From a virus (lineage: Duplodnaviria; Caudoviricetes): a DNA stretch of 34,225 nucleotides. Below, piece after piece: positions 30,257-34,225 of this stretch (positions within the stretch are counted from its first letter, which is position 1; every line of letters begins with the position of its first letter). The DNA is taken from positions 1 through 34,225 of IMG/VR virus record IMGVR_UViG_3300020413_000033, one strand, 5' to 3'. A program made the position numbers and the translations under genes. The notes under the pieces are model-generated. The model was not told the origin of the DNA and ran no database searches. It was given only the letters and a program-made list of their open reading frames with translations.

Positions 30257-30285
30257 ATCATACCTTATATAGAAGGTTTTGTCAA
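30257..30285 (-). promoter_or_regulatory. Sigma70-type promoter for the glycosyltransferase-like gene
   Basis: TTGACA (30285-30280), 17-bp spacer, TATGAT (30262-30257), 22 nt upstream of the ATG. Confidence 0.78.
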
Positions 30286-30461
30286 TAAGAAGATTCTAGA
30301 ATTGTAGAGTCTTCCACACCCATATCTTGTACCTCTGTATATGTAATTTCTTCTTTCCAATAAGATGTATAGAGCTTATTCCATATCATATTAAATTCTT
30401 CTTCGTTCAAATTCTTAAACAGGCATTTATCATTCAAATAAATGTGGTAACTTTTAGTCAT
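30282..30461 (-). CDS. Hypothetical protein (probable start MTKSYHIY)
   Basis: Track ORF 30282..30488. The ATG at 30461 overlaps the upstream stop (ATGACTAA), suggesting translational coupling. Confidence 0.7.
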   Translation of the reverse strand: MTKSYHIYLNDKCLFKNLNEEEFNMIWNKLYTSYWKEEITYTEVQDMGVEDSTILESSY

Positions 30462-30630
30462 CCTTTTTGAGAGTAAGGTAAATTCCATCGATGTTTAAGT
30501 TCCATTTTAACACAATATCCTCATACCAGTCAAGTTCATTCATTACCTCTTCGGGAATTGCCATATAATATCTGTCTGTTGCTGGATCAACCTCTACAGC
30601 AGAATAAATCTCGTCAAAATTTTTTTTCAT
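30454..30630 (-). CDS. 58-aa AbrB/MazE-like (swapped-hairpin) putative DNA-binding protein
   Basis: Not in track. MKKNFDEIYSAVEVDPATDRYYMAIPEEVMNELDWYEDIVLKWNLNIDGIYLTLKKDD. The IPEEV..ELDW....L.W....GIYL pattern resembles AbrB IPxEIxxxLGxxxGDxL. Confidence 0.65.
   Translation of the reverse strand: MKKNFDEIYSAVEVDPATDRYYMAIPEEVMNELDWYEDIVLKWNLNIDGIYLTLKKDD
30504..30533 (-). promoter_or_regulatory. Possible internal sigma70 promoter
   Basis: TTGACT-18 bp-TAAAAT with extended TGn, inside the AbrB-like ORF and upstream of the 30461 start. Confidence 0.35.
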
Positions 30631-30745
30631 TTCATGAAACCTAGTGGTCGTTTTTATATATGCGAAATTTTTTTTTCATTCATGGAATTTATATCTCGCT
30701 TTCGTAACACTTTGTAGGTTAGGTTCCCATGCCGTTTTTATATAA

Positions 30746-30763
30746 GGGGGCATCAACGCCCCC
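30746..30763 (-). terminator. GC-rich hairpin, probable terminator of the early ORF array
   Basis: GGGGGC-GTTGAT-GCCCCC followed by TTATAT, 26 nt after the stop at 30790. The U-tract is weak. Confidence 0.5.
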
Positions 30764-30789
30764 AACTGCTGTATTCACGAACGAATGAC

Positions 30790-31008
30790 TTATGCCACCT
30801 CTCTCACATATCCGTTCTCTGACTTGATAAACGCATTTAATAAACCTACGTTTAACTCTGGATCGTCAAAGTCTATCTTTGCACACCCATCGACGCCCCA
30901 CTCTGCTAACTCAATCACGAACTCTGCCCAGTCCGCACATATACATGCCATGTTCTGAAAGTTGTCAACCTGAACGATTCTGTTCATTACTGTTTGAGTC
31001 TTTGTCAT
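30790..31008 (-). CDS. Small acidic early hypothetical protein
   Basis: 72-aa track ORF directly downstream of promoter module 1. Confidence 0.78.
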   Translation of the reverse strand: MTKTQTVMNRIVQVDNFQNMACICADWAEFVIELAEWGVDGCAKIDFDDPELNVGLLNAFIKSENGYVREVA

Positions 31009-31034
31009 TTGGGAAATTGTTTGTTTATACTATT

Positions 31035-31093
31035 ATTATAATACCCCACTCATACGAATGGGGTAACGAATGGACAGTTGTTAGACTGTCATA
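31035..31093 (-). promoter_or_regulatory. Early promoter module 1 (palindrome + TATAAT)
   Basis: TATAAT at 31040-31035. Plus-strand core GACAGT-N6-ACTGTC at 31073-31090, 32 bp away. Confidence 0.75.
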
Positions 31094-31401
31094 CCTGATG
31101 TGAAAAGTCTTTTCGAACCGTCTAAACTATCAAATAGAAACCATGTCCAGTTCTTTTGAGAAATACCCATGCTAGGAACGAACTCTGTTAAGAGTGCATT
31201 GAGTCTGGATTTTGTGGTGTTTGACTGCCAACCACCATCTAAGAGAGTGAGTTCATTAGTCGCAGTATCTAAAGATGCGATGTTGTTTCCGTGTAGATAA
31301 ACTTCAACTGATTCTCTGAAAGCACGAACTGTAGTGTTACCAGATGAGAAGTTCTTTCTGCATCTGATTGCTGAGTTCATCATCATTTCAATTTTACGCA
31401 T
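31081..31401 (-). CDS. Conserved cyanophage early hypothetical protein
   Basis: 106 aa, MRKIE..M..AI....F.SGNT.V..VYLHGNNIA..DGGWQSNTTKSRLNALL, a pattern I recognise from T4-like cyanophage early regions. Confidence 0.85.
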   Translation of the reverse strand: MRKIEMMMNSAIRCRKNFSSGNTTVRAFRESVEVYLHGNNIASLDTATNELTLLDGGWQSNTTKSRLNALLTEFVPSMGISQKNWTWFLFDSLDGSKRLFTSGMTV

Positions 31402-31445
31402 GTTGGGGAAAGAGGGATAAAGGTTTGCTTGTTTGCTATACTACT

Positions 31446-31504
31446 ATTATAGAGGATGAGAGTGCCAATACCAGAGCGAGTGTGCCAGTAATATAAGTGG
31501 CATA
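31446..31504 (-). promoter_or_regulatory. Early promoter module 2 (palindrome + TATAAT)
   Basis: TATAAT at 31451-31446. Core GCCAGT-N6-AGTGGC at 31484-31501, 32 bp away. Confidence 0.75.
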
Positions 31505-31512
31505 CTTGTTAT

Positions 31513-31707
31513 TCATTTACTTAATACTCCCTTGACATCGTTTGATAGTATGGTAGATTTACCATTACAGACATTATCAATTAGATTGTCGAATGTCTGC
31601 ACGTCCCAATCTTTCTGCTCTGCCGCGTCGTTTGCATATGCTTCCATTAATACGTCATATAGGTAATCATACTGTTTAGGTGTCAGTTCGATGTTAATTC
31701 CGTTCAT
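31513..31707 (-). CDS. Small acidic hypothetical protein
   Basis: 64 aa, with ATGA overlap with the upstream ORF. Confidence 0.75.
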   Translation of the reverse strand: MNGINIELTPKQYDYLYDVLMEAYANDAAEQKDWDVQTFDNLIDNVCNGKSTILSNDVKGVLSK

Positions 31708-31970
31708 GCTGCAACCCTCCCAAATCTTTCGGCATAATAACCGATGTTTACATAGTCACGTTTGAGAGTGCATATACCTACAATTGATGCAAGTAACTTC
31801 ATATGGTTTGAGTCATATACGGAAAAATCATCCCACTCATCAACGGGGATTTCATTCTCAATATCAAAAGAACCATTCTCAAATGCTGGCATGCTCATGA
31901 GAGTTCCATCTTCTGCGATGTAGAACCCCATTCCGAATACGACTGAATAATGAATTTCTGGTTTTGGCAT
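31704..31970 (-). CDS. Small acidic hypothetical protein
   Basis: 88 aa, downstream of promoter module 3. Confidence 0.8.
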   Translation of the reverse strand: MPKPEIHYSVVFGMGFYIAEDGTLMSMPAFENGSFDIENEIPVDEWDDFSVYDSNHMKLLASIVGICTLKRDYVNIGYYAERFGRVAA

Positions 31971-31996
31971 AGTGTGGGAAATTTGCTTATGTACTT

Positions 31997-32056
31997 ATTA
32001 TAAACCCTGTTCATGTCGAATAGGGTGTTGGGTGTGCCAGTTCGTTAACTGTCTGA
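31997..32056 (-). promoter_or_regulatory. Early promoter module 3 (palindrome + TATAAT)
   Basis: TATAAT at 32002-31997. Core GCCAGT-N6-ACTGTC at 32036-32053, 33 bp away. Confidence 0.75.
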
Positions 32057-32173
32057 TAACTCATCCCTATAAGAGTAAAATAACTGATAATAGAGATCGG
32101 ACTTTAAATCAAAGAGGTCAAAGTCTCCTTCCTCATAAAGTTTGAGAATTTCGTCGTATGTATTATTATTCAT
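32045..32173 (-). CDS. 42-aa acidic microprotein
   Basis: Not in track. MNNNTYDEILKLYEEGDFDLFDLKSDLYYQLFYSYRDELSDS, with ATGA overlap with the upstream ORF. Confidence 0.65.
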   Translation of the reverse strand: MNNNTYDEILKLYEEGDFDLFDLKSDLYYQLFYSYRDELSDS

Positions 32174-32298
32174 TCGCACATCTCCTGAAAACGATTGTTT
32201 GCGATTTCAATTTGCCTTTCTTCAGAATAATAAGGGAATGATTCCTGCACGTCTTCAAAAATGCTTTCTAAAATTAATTCGTTTTGAATACAACTCAT
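32170..32298 (-). CDS. 42-aa acidic microprotein (start corrected from track 32388)
   Basis: MSCIQNELILESIFEDVQESFPYYSEERQIEIANNRFQEMCE. The track N-terminal extension runs through promoter module 4. Confidence 0.72.
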   Translation of the reverse strand: MSCIQNELILESIFEDVQESFPYYSEERQIEIANNRFQEMCE

Positions 32299-32356
32299 AT
32301 CAGGGAAAATAAAATGATTGGGGGGAATGAGGTGGTTTTCCCCTTCCCACATTCTT

Positions 32357-32415
32357 ATTATAATGCATGTTGAACTAAAATAAACCACATGTGTGACAGT
32401 TTATAAAGTGGCACA
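32357..32415 (-). promoter_or_regulatory. Early promoter module 4 (palindrome + TATAAT)
   Basis: TATAAT at 32362-32357. TGTGACAGT-TTATAA-AGTGGCACA at 32392-32415, with the core 32 bp away. Confidence 0.78.
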
Positions 32416-32422
32416 ATAGGGG

Positions 32423-32451
32423 TTGCACTGGTACTCACGGCGCCTTATAAT
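32423..32451 (+). promoter_or_regulatory. Plus-strand sigma70 promoter divergent from module 4
   Basis: TTGCAC (32423-32428), 17 bp, TATAAT (32446-32451). It lies 33 bp from the same palindrome core. Confidence 0.7.
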
Positions 32452-32457
32452 AAGAGT

Positions 32458-32516
32458 AACAAAGCAAGGGAGTTGGGTCACTCTACTGAACAAAGTTCGA
32501 CACCCCTCCCGCGCAA
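32458..32516 (+). ncRNA. Candidate small structured RNA
   Basis: Directly downstream of the promoter. GGGAG/CTCCC and GGGT/ACCC stems enclose a GAAC-AAA-GTTC hairpin. No credible ORF, and the 3' end is uncertain. Confidence 0.4.
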
Positions 32517-32633
32517 TTATATTATTAGTGATTTGTTATTACTTTATACTACAAAATTTCAAAGAGTTTGCATTACTTTCTACGTGCAATCGCTTTGAAA
32601 TTGTTGTTATTTAATACTGCTACTTATTGCTGT

Positions 32634-32774
32634 TTAGGCATAATGACGGTATGCAAGTTCCTGGTAATTGTTGTTACTTTCCCTTTCATATTCATCATCT
32701 AAATCATAATTTTCACAAAAATCATGACAGTTTTCATAATCCCAAACAAATTCAGATACGTCGTAATCGTTCAT
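32634..32774 (-). CDS. 46-aa very acidic microprotein
   Basis: Not in track. MNDYDVSEFVWDYENCHDFCENYDLDDEYERESNNNYQELAYRHYA, with GGAG Shine-Dalgarno and its own promoter. Confidence 0.75.
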   Translation of the reverse strand: MNDYDVSEFVWDYENCHDFCENYDLDDEYERESNNNYQELAYRHYA

Positions 32775-32797
32775 AATGCTCCAGATTATTATGATTA

Positions 32798-32826
32798 ATT
32801 ATAACATAAACTTAAGAAAAGTGCAA
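32798..32826 (-). promoter_or_regulatory. Sigma70 promoter with extended -10
   Basis: TTGCAC (32826-32821), 17 bp, TGtTATAAT (-10 at 32803-32798). Confidence 0.75.
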
Positions 32827-32970
32827 CGTTGTTTGTTATCATTATCTAACCTAAAGTATAAGAATGTAAATTTATACTTAGTCAATGAACTTTCCTTTAA
32901 TTCTTCACAACATTATATATGTAATTTCATTTTTTAATGTTAGTATTTCAAAATTTTTGCGTCTCCTATG

Positions 32971-32999
32971 TTGACAACTTGCGATCCTCATGCTATGCT
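32971..32999 (+). promoter_or_regulatory. Plus-strand sigma70 promoter with no downstream ORF
   Basis: TTGACA (32971-32976), 17 bp, TGcTATGCT (-10 at 32994-32999). Confidence 0.6.
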
Positions 33000-33030
33000 G
33001 CCTAAACTCACAAAAAGATCTGACATTTTA

Positions 33031-33101
33031 AGGGTAATTTATAACACTAATTCCAGACAGATTACGAATAGATTGTATAAAGAATCCAAACAGATTACCC
33101 T
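33031..33101 (+). repeat. Nested inverted and direct repeats
   Basis: AGGGTAAT (33031-33038) / ATTACCCT (33094-33101) inverted pair. TCCAGACAGATTAC (33052-33065) and TCCAAACAGATTAC (33085-33098) direct repeat, 13/14 identical. Confidence 0.65.
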
Positions 33102-33226
33102 CCTTAAATATAAACAACTAAAAACGATATAATTAACTGTTTTATATTTAAAAAGGTATTTAAAATATAAAATAAAGGTTTTTCTGTATCATTTTATACC
33201 AAGACCCTGTGTCAGTCATCATAGTG

Positions 33227-33580
33227 TCACTGTCCCTTATGTGTGTTTTGCTTCGGTTCATTATAATAGAGATGTTCTTTAGAATCTAATAAGATTGAGT
33301 TATCTTTCCTTCCTTTCCTTCTCTTTACAAATTTCAACTCTTTCCATTGATTTTCATAACATAATAGAAGAATATGAACATGTTTATGTGGATTGTTTTT
33401 CTCATATTTACATTCTGGTTTTTCTCGTACTCCAACCTCTATAGTCAAGTACTGATAAGATGGTCTAAACCCCTTCTTATGTTCGGTTGGTTCACTTACG
33501 AAATAAACCCATCCCTCATCTAGTAGTCCATGTCTCTCCCAGATGACATAATCATTGACTTTTGGTCTATACGTCATCAC
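33227..33580 (-). CDS. Hypothetical protein
   Basis: 117 aa, Y.PKVNDYVIW...EGWVYF..YLTIEVGV pattern. Short overlap with the upstream 54-aa ORF; the start may be the ATG at 33577. Confidence 0.78.
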   Translation of the reverse strand: MMTYRPKVNDYVIWERHGLLDEGWVYFVSEPTEHKKGFRPSYQYLTIEVGVREKPECKYEKNNPHKHVHILLLCYENQWKELKFVKRRKGRKDNSILLDSKEHLYYNEPKQNTHKGQ

Positions 33581-33731
33581 GAACCACTCTTAAATGTTCT
33601 GGGTTAATCCCATTACTCATTAAGAATGATATTTTTTCTTGTGCCTGTTCTTTTGTCAGGTGTCGATAGTTCTCGTAGAGTGACCAACCACTTGTTGCTT
33701 CCTCTTCGATTTTATAAAGTTTTTGTGCCAT
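33567..33731 (-). CDS. 54-aa hypothetical protein
   Basis: Not in track. MAQKLYKIEEEATSGWSLYENYRHLTKEQAQEKISFLMSNGINPEHLRVVRDDV fills the gap exactly. Confidence 0.75.
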   Translation of the reverse strand: MAQKLYKIEEEATSGWSLYENYRHLTKEQAQEKISFLMSNGINPEHLRVVRDDV

Positions 33732-33751
33732 GATAATCTCGTATCAGATTT

Positions 33752-33759
33752 TATTTATG
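33752..33759 (-). promoter_or_regulatory. Late-promoter-like CATAAATA
   Basis: 20 nt upstream of the 33731 ATG, overlapping the previous stop codon. Confidence 0.4.
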
Positions 33760-33991
33760 TGATGAAAATTTGTAGGATGCCACTCTCGTACTCCTCCTTC
33801 AATTCAAACTTTTGTGCCGTTTTGACATTTGCCATGATTCGATCATTGTACCTTTGGTCAAGTGATTCCTCGTTCAATAAAATTTCGAACGCCTCGGAAT
33901 CCGTCTCGGAAATCAGAATGATGACTCCACCATATTCAGAAGACGGAAAAGGTATCCAAGAATCAACAACATAGAGATACTTACTTACCAT
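33755..33991 (-). CDS. Conserved cyanophage hypothetical protein
   Basis: 78 aa, KYLYVVDSWIPFPSSEYGG motif. Confidence 0.8.
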   Translation of the reverse strand: MVSKYLYVVDSWIPFPSSEYGGVIILISETDSEAFEILLNEESLDQRYNDRIMANVKTAQKFELKEEYESGILQIFIT

Positions 33992-34176
33992 TCTGCTACT
34001 GGTTGTTTTGATTGTGCTTTGAGAATTTTGTTTTCTTGATTAACCTGTTCATCTTGAATCTTATCAAATGCAGTTTCAATCTCAACTGGTAGATCATCTA
34101 GCATATCTGTGTCTCTCAATAGATCATAGAGTTTAATCAATTGATATGCTTCATTGTTTGTAAATTCGATTTTCAT
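33985..34176 (-). CDS. Hypothetical protein
   Basis: 63 aa, overlapping neighbours on both sides (coupled). Confidence 0.7.
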   Translation of the reverse strand: MKIEFTNNEAYQLIKLYDLLRDTDMLDDLPVEIETAFDKIQDEQVNQENKILKAQSKQPVAEW

Positions 34177-34225
34177 TTTAACTGTATCTCATAGTGAATG
34201 TTTGAAATTGTCCAACCTGTTGCTG
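34173..34225 (-). CDS. C-terminal end of a hypothetical protein (cut by the window edge)
   Basis: Reads ..ATGWTISNIHYEIQLK-stop with ATGA overlap into the 63-aa ORF. Confidence 0.55.
   Translation of the reverse strand, partial: ATGWTISNIHYEIQLK

Noticed and set aside
30704-30717. GTA-N8-TAG resembling an NtcA site
   Set aside because: One mismatch to GTA-N8-TAC, no properly placed -10 box seen, and such matches are expected by chance.
31070-32415. Palindromic repeats as a CRISPR array or integron attC sites
   Set aside because: Copies are degenerate, spaced 360-550 bp apart and flank genes. There are no cas genes, no integrase and no RYYYAAC/GTTRRRY attC ends.
32461-32516. tRNA suggested by GTTCGA
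   Set aside because: Too short, with no D-arm or anticodon arm, a non-canonical T-arm and no CCA. Kept only as a candidate sRNA.
32423-32614. 63-aa plus-strand ORF (TTG start)
   Set aside because: Its start codon is the -35 box of the predicted promoter, so it lies upstream of the TSS. It has no RBS and a low-complexity hydrophobic sequence.
32724-32733. TGACAGTT half-site of the palindrome
   Set aside because: Inside a CDS, with no second arm and no TATAAT at the conserved spacing.

Overview
AT-rich fragment (roughly 30-35% GC by eye) of a T4-like marine cyanomyophage (Kyanoviridae; the G-[IV]-x-T-rich structural proteins resemble the P-SSM2/S-SM2 type, and a Prochlorococcus or Synechococcus host is inferred). 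Every credible gene is on the minus strand. In transcription order (right to left) the window holds: (i) an early region of small, mostly acidic ORFs (about 30.8-34.2 kb) with a repeated promoter module and a non-coding, promoter-dense AT-rich stretch; (ii) a small cluster with an AbrB-like ORF, a GT-A-fold glycosyltransferase-like gene and a very basic microprotein, closed by an intrinsic terminator; (iii) the late structural operon gp25-gp6-gp7 (4267 aa)-gp8-VrlC-like (2501 aa)-two small proteins-fibre-gp13-gp14-gp15-gp16 (partial). Seven CDSs missing from the ORF track were read by hand (five short, two cut by the window edges). Three observations stand out. A 9-6-9 palindrome recurs four times, always 32-33 bp upstream of a TATAAT box with no -35; it is used divergently once and twice contains the stop codon of the upstream gene. 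Two plus-strand promoters point into structured non-coding sequence (candidate sRNAs or origin). Dozens of G-[IVLF]-x-[TS] motifs occur in some virion proteins next to a glycosyltransferase-like gene (candidate virion glycosylation system). Protein calls come from motif recognition and synteny; no database search was run.
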